Assembly: GCA_905234855.1 (NCBI GenBank)
Contig: CAJOIU010000006.1
Coordinates: 1,893 to 65,892 of the forward strand
Reading direction: 5' to 3'
Source: an uncultured Oscillospiraceae bacterium
Lineage (GTDB): Bacteria > Bacillota > Clostridia > Oscillospirales > Oscillospiraceae
DNA length: 64,000 nt
In this document: one piece after another, positions 14,960 through 23,750 of the stretch
Numbering within the stretch: the first letter of the stretch is position 1
Layout of the letters: each line of letters begins with the position of its first letter
Position numbers and translations under genes: made by a program
Notes under the pieces: model-generated
Told to the model about the DNA's origin: nothing
The model's database searches: none
The model's input: only the letters and a program-made list of their open reading frames with translations

Positions 14960-16674
14960 CATTAACGATCGACGGCCGCAAGGTCACCGTAAAGGAAGGC
15001 ACCACCATTCTGGAAGCCGCCCGTCAAGCCGGCATCAAGATCCCGACGCTCTGCTATCTGAAGGACATCAATCAGATCGGCGCCTGCCGCGTCTGCGTCG
15101 TGGAGGTCGAAGGCCGGGATCAGCTTGCCGCCTCCTGCAACGCCCCCTGCGAGGACGGCATGGTGGTCCGCACCAACACCCAGCGCGTCCGCGATACCCG
15201 CCGGCTGAATGTGGAGATGATCCTCTCCAAGCATAACTCCAGCTGCACGAGCTGCGTCCGCAGCGGCAACTGCACGCTCCAGACCCTTGCCCGGGATATG
15301 AACGTGCTGGAGCTGCCTTTCCCCATCAAGCCCATCTACCGCGAATGGGATCATTCCTATCCTCTCATCCGAGATATGTCAAAATGCGTCAACTGCATGC
15401 GCTGCGTCAGCGTTTGCGACAAGGTGCAGGATATGCACGTCTGGGACGTGACCGGCACCGGCGCCCGCACCGCCGTCGCCGTCCGCGACCGTAAGGATAT
15501 CATGGACGCGGGATGCACCTTCTGCGGCCAATGCATCACCCATTGCCCCGTCGGCGCGCTCCGCGCCCGGGACGATACCCTCAAGGTGTTCGACGCCATT
15601 GCTGACCCCGATAAGATCACCGTCGTGCAGGTCGCGCCGGCTGTCCGCGCCGCTTGGGGCGAGGATTTCGGCATGAGCCGCGACGAGGCGTCCGTCCCCC
15701 GCATGGTCGCCGTCCTGAAGGCCATCGGCTTCGACTATGTATTCGATACGGACTTCTCTGCCGACCTCACCATCATGGAAGAGGGCAGCGAGTTTATCGA
15801 GCGCATGACCCATCCGGGCGAATATCCCATGCCGATGTTCACCTCCTGCTGCCCCGGCTGGGTGCGGTATGTGAAGATCCGGCACCCGGAGCTGGCCGGA
15901 AATCTCTCCACCGCCAAGAGTCCCCAGCAGATGTTCGGCGCGGTGACCAAGTCCTATTTTGCCAAGAAGATCGGCGTCGATCCCGAAAAGATCTTCTGCG
16001 TTTCCGTCATGCCCTGCACGGCGAAGAAATACGAATGCGCCGTGGAGGCCGTGAACGACGCGGGCGCGGGACGGGATGTGGATCTCTCCATCACCACCCG
16101 CGAATTTGTCCGCATGACCAAGGCCTGCCAGATCGATCCCATGACCATCGGCGAGGCGGAGTTTGACGATCCTCTCGGCGAAGGCACCGGCGCGGCCGTC
16201 ATCTTCGGCACCACCGGCGGCGTAATGGAGGCGGCGCTCCGCAGCGCTTACTTCCTCATCACCGGCGAGAACCCGGACGCGGACGCCTTCTCCGGCGTGC
16301 GCGGGCTGGACGGCTGGAAGGAACGCACCTTCAAGGCCGGGGATATCACCGTCCGCACGGCGGTCGCCAACGGTCTCGGCAACGCCACCAAACTCATCGA
16401 CGCCATCCAGAGCGGCAAGGTGCACTACGATTTCGTGGAGATCATGGCCTGCCCCACCGGCTGCGGCGGAGGCGGCGGTCAGCCCATCGAGGAAGGCAAG
16501 GAGCTGGGCGGCGCGCGCGGCCAGAAGCTCTATGCCCTCGACCGCACCTCGCATACCCGCTTCTCCCATGAAAACTCCTGCGTCCAGCGGCTGTACGAGG
16601 AATACCTCGGCGCGCCCCTGTCGCACGAGGCGCATCACCTGCTGCATACCGACATCAAGGAGTGGAAGCTCTGA
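14953..16674 (+). CDS. hydA: [FeFe]-hydrogenase catalytic subunit, group A (M3 architecture)
   Basis: N-terminal 2Fe-2S fold (LCYLKDINQIGACRVCVVEV) and ferredoxin-like clusters. H-cluster motifs present: TSCCPGW, MPCTAKKYE and EIMACPTGCGGGGGQP. Confidence 0.9.
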   Translation: MVTLTIDGRKVTVKEGTTILEAARQAGIKIPTLCYLKDINQIGACRVCVVEVEGRDQLAASCNAPCEDGMVVRTNTQRVRDTRRLNVEMILSKHNSSCTSCVRSGNCTLQTLARDMNVLELPFPIKPIYREWDHSYPLIRDMSKCVNCMRCVSVCDKVQDMHVWDVTGTGARTAVAVRDRKDIMDAGCTFCGQCITHCPVGALRARDDTLKVFDAIADPDKITVVQVAPAVRAAWGEDFGMSRDEASVPRMVAVLKAIGFDYVFDTDFSADLTIMEEGSEFIERMTHPGEYPMPMFTSCCPGWVRYVKIRHPELAGNLSTAKSPQQMFGAVTKSYFAKKIGVDPEKIFCVSVMPCTAKKYECAVEAVNDAGAGRDVDLSITTREFVRMTKACQIDPMTIGEAEFDDPLGEGTGAAVIFGTTGGVMEAALRSAYFLITGENPDADAFSGVRGLDGWKERTFKAGDITVRTAVANGLGNATKLIDAIQSGKVHYDFVEIMACPTGCGGGGGQPIEEGKELGGARGQKLYALDRTSHTRFSHENSCVQRLYEEYLGAPLSHEAHHLLHTDIKEWKL

Positions 16675-16701
16675 TCGCTTCCCGCCGGACGTGCCTGATA
16701 C

Positions 16702-16739
16702 AAAAAAGCTGCGACCCCCTGCGGATCGCAGCTTTTTTG
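16702..16739 (+). terminator. intrinsic terminator
   Basis: aaaaaagctgcga ... tcgcagctttttt. Confidence 0.8.
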
Positions 16740-16844
16740 CCCCCGCGGGCGGCTCGGCAGAAGCTAGCCGATGCGCCGGGGACATGAAACATCATGAAGT
16801 TCATCACGGCGTATGCAAGATGAACAAACGGAGGAACCATCCCT

Positions 16845-17573
16845 ATGAGACTGCTGCTGATCCGCCACGGCGATCCGAACTATGAGATCGACGGCTTGAC
16901 TGAGACAGGAAAACGGGAGTCTGCGCTTTTGGCGGAGCGCATCGCCCCGATGGATATCGCCGAATACTACGTTTCCACCATGGGGCGCGCGCTGGAGACC
17001 GCCCGGCCGACGCTGGAGCTGGCTGGTCGGACGGCGAAGGAATGCGGCTGGCTGCGGGAGTTTTCCGTCGGCGTTCATCGGCCCGACTGCAGCGGGCTCA
17101 GCCATGTCCCATGGGACTGGCTGCCGCAGGACTGGTCAAAATCCCCGGCGCTGCTCGACCGCGAGCGCTGGTTCGAGCATCCGATCTTCGTCGAGCAGGA
17201 TGTAAAAGGCGCATACGACGCGGTCATCGCGGCATTTGAGGCCGTATTGGCCGAGCACGGTTATGTCCGGGACGGACTATGCTACCGTGTCGAACGCCAA
17301 AACAGCGATACGCTGGCGTTTTTCTGTCATTTCGGCGTCTCCTGCGTGCTTATGAGCCGGCTGATGAATGTTTCTCCCATGGTGCTGTGGCACGGCATGG
17401 CCATGGCGCCGACCTCCGTGACGACCATCTACACCGAGGAGCGCCGCCCGGGGATCGCATCCTTCCGGGCGGCCGCCATAGGCGATATCTCCCACCTGTA
17501 TGCCCACCGGCAGGAGCCGTCCTTTTCCGCCCGCTTCTGCGAGGTATACGGAAACGGCGATCGGATCGACTGA
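16845..17573 (+). CDS. histidine phosphatase (phosphoglycerate-mutase-like) family protein
   Basis: MRLLLIRHGDPNY contains the RHG catalytic motif. RBS GGAGGAA. Confidence 0.8.
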   Translation: MRLLLIRHGDPNYEIDGLTETGKRESALLAERIAPMDIAEYYVSTMGRALETARPTLELAGRTAKECGWLREFSVGVHRPDCSGLSHVPWDWLPQDWSKSPALLDRERWFEHPIFVEQDVKGAYDAVIAAFEAVLAEHGYVRDGLCYRVERQNSDTLAFFCHFGVSCVLMSRLMNVSPMVLWHGMAMAPTSVTTIYTEERRPGIASFRAAAIGDISHLYAHRQEPSFSARFCEVYGNGDRID

Positions 17574-17586
17574 TACGGATACCAAA

Positions 17587-17625
17587 CGAGGGTAGATTAC
17601 GGTTATTCGCCGAAATCTACCCTCG
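17587..17625 (+). terminator. stem-loop without a clear T-tract (weak terminator)
   Basis: cgagggtagatt / aatctaccctcg, a 12-bp stem. Confidence 0.35.
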
Positions 17626-17679
17626 CATGTTATCCTGTTTCCGTTTCGCATACCGGGCGTCTTACGAAACGCCGCGGCA

Positions 17680-17709
17680 TTGGCCAAGGTCAAGCCTTGG
17701 TGTTATATT
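17680..17709 (+). promoter_or_regulatory. candidate antisense promoter facing into the small ORF
   Basis: TTGGCC, 18 nt, TGtTATATT (extended -10). It would drive an RNA complementary to the 5' part and the RBS of ORF 17690-17803. Confidence 0.3.
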
Positions 17710-17803
17710 TTCTGTCCTCTTTCAAGCCGTTGTGAAATTCCAGCGCGATCCCGCCGAAAAAGCTGGCGGCCAACACGATTGCAAGACCGATAAGAGTATT
17801 CAT
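17690..17803 (-). CDS. 37-aa hydrophobic peptide (not in the ORF track)
   Basis: MNTLIGLAIVLAASFFGGIALEFHNGLKEDRKYNTKA. AAGGAGGA lies 7 nt upstream of the ATG, and the gene has its own consensus-like promoter. Confidence 0.5.
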   Translation of the reverse strand: MNTLIGLAIVLAASFFGGIALEFHNGLKEDRKYNTKA

Positions 17804-17858
17804 TGCATTTCCTCCTTGAGACTTCGTCCAACGGATGTCGGATCCTCTCTACAGCCGC

Positions 17859-17887
17859 AGTATAGGCCGGAAAAAACGCTTTGTCAA
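17859..17887 (-). promoter_or_regulatory. promoter of the 37-aa ORF
   Basis: Minus strand: TTGACA, 17 nt, TATACT. Confidence 0.55.
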
Positions 17888-18060
17888 CCCATATTTTTCA
17901 ATTTTTTCATGAATATTTTTAGTTGAAATATTGCATTTCAAAAAATTCATTTCCGGCCAAAAAACGCCGTTTTACACCCTCTATGCAAGGGAAATTGCAT
18001 TTTTGATCCCTCAAAAAATCATGCATCTATTTACTTCTTTACCAGCAAAAAGAAGCAAAT

Positions 18061-19128
18061 TTAACCCTTCGCGCCGTAATATGCCCACCATTGCGCCAGC
18101 AGCGCATTGACGGCATCCGTCTCGGCGGCATACGCCGTGCCGTGGCTCCCGCCGCCGGAAAAGCTGTCCTTCGGGCCGGCGTAGGCGTCGGACACCGCCT
18201 CGCTCCACGCGGGCAGGATATAACCGTCCGCCGCCGAGGTCAGAAACAGCACCGGAGCCGTCGGCGCGGCGTCCGCCAGTGCGTTTACCGTATCGACGTC
18301 CTCCACGGTGAAGCCCGCGGCGCTGCGAGCCAGCTTCCCTTCCACGGCATAGAGGAACGCCCGCGGCACGCTGAACCATTTCCAGATGCCCTCCATCGCC
18401 AGCTCATGCAGGGAAGCATAGGGGCTCTCCGCCACGATAAAGGCAACGCTCTGCGGCAGGATGCCGCTGGCCGCCGCCATCAGCGCGGTATTCGCGCCCG
18501 TGGCCTCGCCCCAGATAATGAAGGTCTGCTTTCCCAGCGCGGCATCAGCCCAGTCGAGCCATGCCGCAAGGTCATACTGCTCCTTGACGCCATAGGTGAA
18601 ATAACCGCCGCCGCTGCCGCCGTGCATCCGGGGATCGGGCAGGAGGATGTTGCAGCCGGTGAGCTGATTCAAGTAAACGCCTGGCAGGAAATCCGCCGTT
18701 CCGTCCTCATAAAACCGCGGCAACACCACCGCCGTCACGTCGCTGCCCTCGTTATACAGATAGCCGTGCAGCTCCGTGCCGTCGGCGGCGGTGATCGTCA
18801 CCTCGTCCCGCAGGCGGCTGGAGGTGAAGAGATCCCACGATTTCTGCAGCGGCAGCAGCTCCTGCCGCTCGTCCGCATTGGGGACGAGGTCTTTCATATT
18901 GCTCACGGCGGTGGCAGCCGCAGCGTCCACCTGCACGAAGGTGGAAAAATATCCATTGCCGATGGCGATCACCCACCGGCCTACGAAAATACCTACGAGG
19001 GCGATGGCCGTGACCCACAGGAGGATGCTGGAATTTTTCGCCACATTCCGCTTGGCGCGGCGCTGCGCGGCGGTATAAGAACGCTTTTTGCCGCCGGAAG
19101 CGGCTTTCTTTTTTCCCTTGCTGCTCAT
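18061..19128 (-). CDS. membrane-anchored alpha/beta hydrolase
   Basis: Start at MSSKGKKK behind GAGGAGG. Basic N-terminus followed by a TM helix (ILLWVTAIALVGIFVG). FIIWGEATGANTA is a nucleophile-elbow-like GxxxG motif. Confidence 0.75.
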   Translation of the reverse strand: MSSKGKKKAASGGKKRSYTAAQRRAKRNVAKNSSILLWVTAIALVGIFVGRWVIAIGNGYFSTFVQVDAAAATAVSNMKDLVPNADERQELLPLQKSWDLFTSSRLRDEVTITAADGTELHGYLYNEGSDVTAVVLPRFYEDGTADFLPGVYLNQLTGCNILLPDPRMHGGSGGGYFTYGVKEQYDLAAWLDWADAALGKQTFIIWGEATGANTALMAAASGILPQSVAFIVAESPYASLHELAMEGIWKWFSVPRAFLYAVEGKLARSAAGFTVEDVDTVNALADAAPTAPVLFLTSAADGYILPAWSEAVSDAYAGPKDSFSGGGSHGTAYAAETDAVNALLAQWWAYYGAKG

Positions 19129-19141
19129 ATCGCGCCTCCTC

Positions 19142-20224
19142 TCAGCCGGACACCAGCAGGAAACCGGGCTTGAGCCGCGCCACGGCGTAATCCGCGGCCA
19201 GCGTCTCCGCTTCCTGCGCCTCCACGGCGGCCTCCCCCAGCACGGTGCGCGCCTCCTGCGAAGCGCCGGAGGCGCCGAAGCCGTCCAGCAGGACGAAATA
19301 CGCCCGTCCCGCGGTCTCATCCACGAGAGAATACGTCTGCCCCGGCTGGGCGGACTCCTGCGCCGAAAGGACGGCCTGCGCCACACAGTCCGGCAGGTCG
19401 GCGGCGGTGGCGCCGGTCAGGACGCCGTCCGCGTCCCCCAGTGCATCGCTGGAAAACGCCTCCTGCAATTCCTCTATGGACGCCCCCGCCGCATACCGGG
19501 CGGCCAGACGGCCGAGTTTTTCCCGCAGCGCGCCGAGCTGCGCCGTCCCGATCTCCCCGGTCTCCCGGTCGGGCAGGGCGTCGAGGGTCACTACATGCAG
19601 ATCGACTGTGCGGTAATCCGGCGCGGTACGCGCGGCCAGATAGGCGTCGATCTCACCCTGCGAGACTGTGGCTGTCCCGGCAAGATACGCCTTATACGCG
19701 GCGGCCTTTACCTGCCGGGTAAGCTCGGCGGTATAGACGGCCTGCGTCATGCCGCGGCCGTAATAGGCGACATAGTAATTCGCCGCGCTGATGCCGCTGG
19801 CGGCCTGAAAGACGGCATTTTCCGCCATGCGCTCCTGCACGGGCGCCAGCTCCTCGGTGGAGAAGGTATAGCCCGCGGCGGCGGCCAGATCGCAGTAATA
19901 CGCGGTCTCGGCCATATCGGCCTCCGCCTGCCGCAGGAAAAACTCCTTCCAAGAGATGCCCGAGGCATGGGTCTGCTGGTCGGCAGACAGCTTCGGGTTA
20001 TAGCCCAGCTCGGAGAGCCGCAGCTCGTTTTCCTCCAGAAAGGCGTTGTAATAGTCAAAGTAATAATAGTTGTATTGCGCGGCTGTGTAGGAATGGCCAT
20101 GCATCCGCGCCGCGGGCAGCATACGCTGCAGAAGACCCGTGTTGAGGATGATGATGAGGATCACCACGGGAACGACGATGATATACATCGCCCGCACGAT
20201 GGCGGGGTTTTTGCCTTGATTCAC
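19142..20224 (-). CDS. membrane-anchored hypothetical protein (SurA-N-like chaperone fold suspected)
   Basis: GTG start after AGGAGGT. One N-terminal TM helix. Function is not supported beyond general resemblance. Confidence 0.55.
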   Translation of the reverse strand: MNQGKNPAIVRAMYIIVVPVVILIIILNTGLLQRMLPAARMHGHSYTAAQYNYYYFDYYNAFLEENELRLSELGYNPKLSADQQTHASGISWKEFFLRQAEADMAETAYYCDLAAAAGYTFSTEELAPVQERMAENAVFQAASGISAANYYVAYYGRGMTQAVYTAELTRQVKAAAYKAYLAGTATVSQGEIDAYLAARTAPDYRTVDLHVVTLDALPDRETGEIGTAQLGALREKLGRLAARYAAGASIEELQEAFSSDALGDADGVLTGATAADLPDCVAQAVLSAQESAQPGQTYSLVDETAGRAYFVLLDGFGASGASQEARTVLGEAAVEAQEAETLAADYAVARLKPGFLLVSG

Positions 20225-20258
20225 GGAGCATTACCTCCTATGGGATAAATGAGAAAGA

Positions 20259-20280
20259 GGGCCGCCCGTGAAGGCGGCCC
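20259..20280 (-). terminator. GC-rich stem-loop after the permease gene
   Basis: gggccgcc-cgtgaa-ggcggccc, with a T-rich tail on the minus strand. Confidence 0.55.
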
Positions 20281-20305
20281 TTGAGATGTACGTTTTTTCC
20301 GGGGA

Positions 20306-21754
20306 TCAAGCCACACCGTAGAAGATAATGCAGCAGATGCAGCAGAAGATCGAGAAGATCGTCGGGAAGACGACGGTGGTGATGAACAGCTCCTTGTAAG
20401 CCTGCTTGTGGGTCAGACCGAACACGCCGAGGGTGTTGGCGATGGACTGTGCGTGCGGCAGAGAGTCGAAGGTCTGCGTGGTGCACAGGAGCAGACGGCG
20501 CAGCGCGCCGGCGTTCACGCCCATGGCGAGATACTGCTGGCCGAACATGGGCAGCCAGATCATCATGGCGGAGATACCGTCCGTGCAGAGAGCGGCGATG
20601 ACGGCCACGGAGATCATGGCGGTGATGTACGGGCTGAGGTTCAGCGTCAGAACCCAGTCTTGGATCGGCTGGACGGCGGCGCTCTTTGTAACGACCTGAC
20701 CGAAGCCATAGACGCAGCCGGCGAGGATGAGGAAGCCCCACATGCCGGTGCAGCCCTTGGAGAGGATGTTCACGATGCCGATCTTCTTGCAGCGCTTCCA
20801 CTGCAGGAGAACCAGAACGATGATACCTACGAGCTGGGCGAGAGCCACGAGCTGGGTCTGCCAGGTCTGATAGGGAAGGCTGATGTTCGCGAAGATGATG
20901 GCGGAGATGACCACCGCGGCCAAAGGCGCGACGGATGCCCAGAAGTTGGGCAGCTCGGACTCGTTGAGGTCGAGCTCCACATCGTCGCCGTCATAGCCCT
21001 CGCCGTTCGCGCGGGCCTTCTTGACGAGATGTACCTGATAGACAAGGAACAGCGCGATGCCCACAAGGCCAGTGGCGATGGACAGCACGGGCGCGTCGAA
21101 CAGGCCGGTGCCGAGGAACATGTTGGGCAGGGAGCCGGGGACGTTCGGCACGGGCATGCAGAAGTTGATGGCCGGAGCAATACCCTGCGCGGCGATCATG
21201 CCCACCTTACGGGGCAGGTTCGCGGCCTTCATGAGGGGCGCGGCCACGACCACGACCACGAAGATGAAGGTGCCGACGCCGGCGAGCATGAGGATGACGG
21301 CGGTCAGCGAGATTGCGAGCCAAGCGCGGTCGGTGCCGAGGAGCTTGATCATCGTATTGCCCACGGACTTGGAGCAGCCCGTCTCGTCCATGAGAAAGCC
21401 CAGCAGGCCGGACATGGTGAAGACGAAGAACATCATCTGCACCAGCGACGCGACGCCGGAGGGGAAGGTCTCAAAGATCGAGACATAGAACGGCTCGGTG
21501 GAACCGAGAGCCGCGATGATCGTAGAGATCAGAGCGGCGACGCCGGTGTGGACATTCTGATAGCACAGGATGATAAACACCGCGATCGCAAGGATGATGC
21601 ACAGCGCGGACAGAAACACGCTGTTCCCGAACGGTCCCGTGGCGACGGCCGCCGCTTCCGCCTCGCCGGAGGCTTCGCCGGCCGCGAAGGCTCCCACAGA
21701 CAGCAGCATGCACGCCACCAGAAACACGGACAGGAGGACTAGGAATTTCTTCAT
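20306..21754 (-). CDS. GntP/IT-superfamily anion permease with an N-terminal signal-peptide-like extension
   Basis: Start at MKKFLVLLSVFLVACMLLSVGAFA behind AGAAGGAGA. Polytopic. The C-terminal FDSLPHAQSIANTLGVFGLTHKQAYKE resembles the GntP-family signature. Confidence 0.65.
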   Translation of the reverse strand: MKKFLVLLSVFLVACMLLSVGAFAAGEASGEAEAAAVATGPFGNSVFLSALCIILAIAVFIILCYQNVHTGVAALISTIIAALGSTEPFYVSIFETFPSGVASLVQMMFFVFTMSGLLGFLMDETGCSKSVGNTMIKLLGTDRAWLAISLTAVILMLAGVGTFIFVVVVVAAPLMKAANLPRKVGMIAAQGIAPAINFCMPVPNVPGSLPNMFLGTGLFDAPVLSIATGLVGIALFLVYQVHLVKKARANGEGYDGDDVELDLNESELPNFWASVAPLAAVVISAIIFANISLPYQTWQTQLVALAQLVGIIVLVLLQWKRCKKIGIVNILSKGCTGMWGFLILAGCVYGFGQVVTKSAAVQPIQDWVLTLNLSPYITAMISVAVIAALCTDGISAMMIWLPMFGQQYLAMGVNAGALRRLLLCTTQTFDSLPHAQSIANTLGVFGLTHKQAYKELFITTVVFPTIFSIFCCICCIIFYGVA

Positions 21755-21811
21755 TTTAATTCTCCTTCTGTTCTTTTTGGCAGAGAAGGGATCCCTGCCC
21801 ATATTGTGTAA

Positions 21812-21820
21812 ATTATAACA
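21812..21820 (-). promoter_or_regulatory. extended -10 (TGtTATAAT) for the permease gene
   Basis: The minus strand reads AATGTTATAAT about 55 nt upstream of the start. Confidence 0.35.
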
Positions 21821-21951
21821 TTTTGTAATGCGTTCTGTCCATCCCCTTTTGTCAAACAATCGCTGCGGAAAGGTCAATTTTTCTGATGTAGGGGGGCAGC
21901 GATTTCGTTGAAATATTTTTGAATCCTCCTATAGCCCTTTGGCCGCGCATC

Positions 21952-21960
21952 TGTTATAAT
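21952..21960 (+). promoter_or_regulatory. extended -10 (TGtTATAAT) for the flavoprotein operon
   Basis: ctgttataat lies about 65 nt upstream of the ATG at 22026. Confidence 0.45.
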
Positions 21961-22025
21961 CATAACAAGTATGCGGTATCGTGTCGAAAACGGCCGTATA
22001 TCCCCGCAAAGGAGTGTGTGCGTGT

Positions 22026-23735
22026 ATGTATCAGATCAATCAGGAAAGCTGTGTGTGCTGTCATAACTGCGCCATGGAATGCCCCATGCAGGCCATCGAC
22101 TATCTGGGCACCAAGTACCAGATCGATCCCGAAAAATGCGTGGAATGCGGCCTGTGCGCCAGAGTATGCCATACCTGCTCCATCCACGATGTGGACAATC
22201 CCGAGCCTATCGTGCCCCATGACCCTGTCGAAAAGACCGCCGATGTGGTGGTATGCGGCGGCGGCAGCGGGATCGTGGCGGCCGTCCGCGCCGCGCAGCT
22301 CGGCAAGAAGGTCATCCTCGTGGAAAAATCCGACAAGCTGGGCGGCAACACCGATTATGCCCATGCCTTCTTCCCCGTCTATACCAAATGGCACGAGAAG
22401 GCCGGCATGGAGGACTGCCGCGAAAAGGCCGTCGAGCATTACCGCCGCGTGACGGAAAACGTCCTCGAGGAGGACATCCTCCGCACCGCTGTTTACGGCT
22501 GCGGCGCGTTTTTCGACTGGCTGTGCGAGTTCGGCACGGCGGAGGAGGTCTATCACCTTGTGAACCTCGGCGATGCCGATGCCCACGGCCCCATCTACGG
22601 CCCCGGTCTGCTGGATTTCCCCAAGCGCATCCGGGACAATCTGCTCTGCCGCGACGATGCCATCGGTCCCGGCTGGGGCGGCACCTATGTGAAATACACC
22701 ATGCTGGACGCCATCCGCGACCAGAAGCTCAATGTGGAGATCCTCACCGGCACCGCCGCGAAGCATCTGCTGCTGGGCGATAACGGCGCGATCTCCGGCC
22801 TCGTATGCGAAGACAAAGGCGGCGAGGTGCTCATCAAGACCCCCGCCGTGATCCTCGCCACCGGCGGCTTCGGCAAGAGCGACGAGAAGCTGCGCGAGTT
22901 CGCCCCGTGGTTCTTCGAGGGCGAGACGCCCATCCACCGCTTCTCCGTCCCCACCGATACCGGCGACGGCATCGACATGCTGCGGGAGCTTGGCGTGGAG
23001 CCGAATCCCGAGCGGATGTTCATCTCGATGTTCGGTCCGAAGCACCATCCCTTCTCAAACGTGCTGGCGGATATCGCCCTCGAGCCGGATATGCCCCAAT
23101 TCAACCTCGACGGCAGGCGCTGGATCAACGAGGCGGACGGCCTCTTCGGCATGACCGCCGCCATCGCCCGGCAGCCGAAGGAGATCTCGTGGGCGATCCA
23201 GAGCCGGGACGAGATCGCGAAGATCGCCGATCGGTTCATCCAGAACCCCGCCTTCGCCGCCAAGGCCTATCTATATGAGACGTGGGAGGCCGAGCTGGAG
23301 GAGGAAGCCGCCCTGCCCGTGGACGCGCCGGTGAAGAAGGCCGACACGCTGGCGGAGCTGGCCGAGGCCTGCGGAATGCCTTCCGAGGCCTTCTGCGCTG
23401 CCGCGGCACGGTATAACGCCTCCGCCGCCGCGGGACAGGACGAGGAGTTCGGCAAACCCGCCCAGTTCCTAACGCCCATCGGGGACAAGGGTCCGTATTA
23501 CGCCATCCTCGGCTCCCGCTTCTCCGAGGCCGCTTTGGGCGGCTTGACGGTGGACGGCGACTGCCGCGTCCTGCGGAACGACGGCACGCCCATCCCCGGT
23601 CTCTACGGCGTGGGCGACGCCACCAGCGCCATGCACCGCCGCGGCAAGCTCGCCGTCATATCCGAGCTGACGTGGGCGATGGCCTCTGCCTTCACCTCCG
23701 GCGGAAACGCCGCCGCCTACACCGATTCGCTGTAA
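22026..23735 (+). CDS. 2x[4Fe-4S] ferredoxin domain fused to an FAD-dependent oxidoreductase (FAD_binding_2 / fumarate-reductase-flavoprotein-like)
   Basis: CVCCHNCAMECP and CVECGLCARVC are cluster motifs. VVVCGGGSGIVAAVRAAQLG is a dinucleotide fold, and the C-terminal GLYGVGDA is typical of this flavoprotein family. Confidence 0.8.
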   Translation: MYQINQESCVCCHNCAMECPMQAIDYLGTKYQIDPEKCVECGLCARVCHTCSIHDVDNPEPIVPHDPVEKTADVVVCGGGSGIVAAVRAAQLGKKVILVEKSDKLGGNTDYAHAFFPVYTKWHEKAGMEDCREKAVEHYRRVTENVLEEDILRTAVYGCGAFFDWLCEFGTAEEVYHLVNLGDADAHGPIYGPGLLDFPKRIRDNLLCRDDAIGPGWGGTYVKYTMLDAIRDQKLNVEILTGTAAKHLLLGDNGAISGLVCEDKGGEVLIKTPAVILATGGFGKSDEKLREFAPWFFEGETPIHRFSVPTDTGDGIDMLRELGVEPNPERMFISMFGPKHHPFSNVLADIALEPDMPQFNLDGRRWINEADGLFGMTAAIARQPKEISWAIQSRDEIAKIADRFIQNPAFAAKAYLYETWEAELEEEAALPVDAPVKKADTLAELAEACGMPSEAFCAAAARYNASAAAGQDEEFGKPAQFLTPIGDKGPYYAILGSRFSEAALGGLTVDGDCRVLRNDGTPIPGLYGVGDATSAMHRRGKLAVISELTWAMASAFTSGGNAAAYTDSL

Positions 23736-23750
23736 AGGAGGGTTTCCGTC

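Noticed and set aside
12962-14962. 666-aa ORF on the minus strand
   Set aside because: It is antisense to the NuoF/GltD-like gene, whose motifs are unambiguous. It runs through the AT-rich promoter region with no start context.
20408-21742. 444-aa plus-strand ORF
   Set aside because: It is antisense to the permease gene. It is highly charged and His/Asp/Gly/Arg-rich, with no membrane or enzyme signature.
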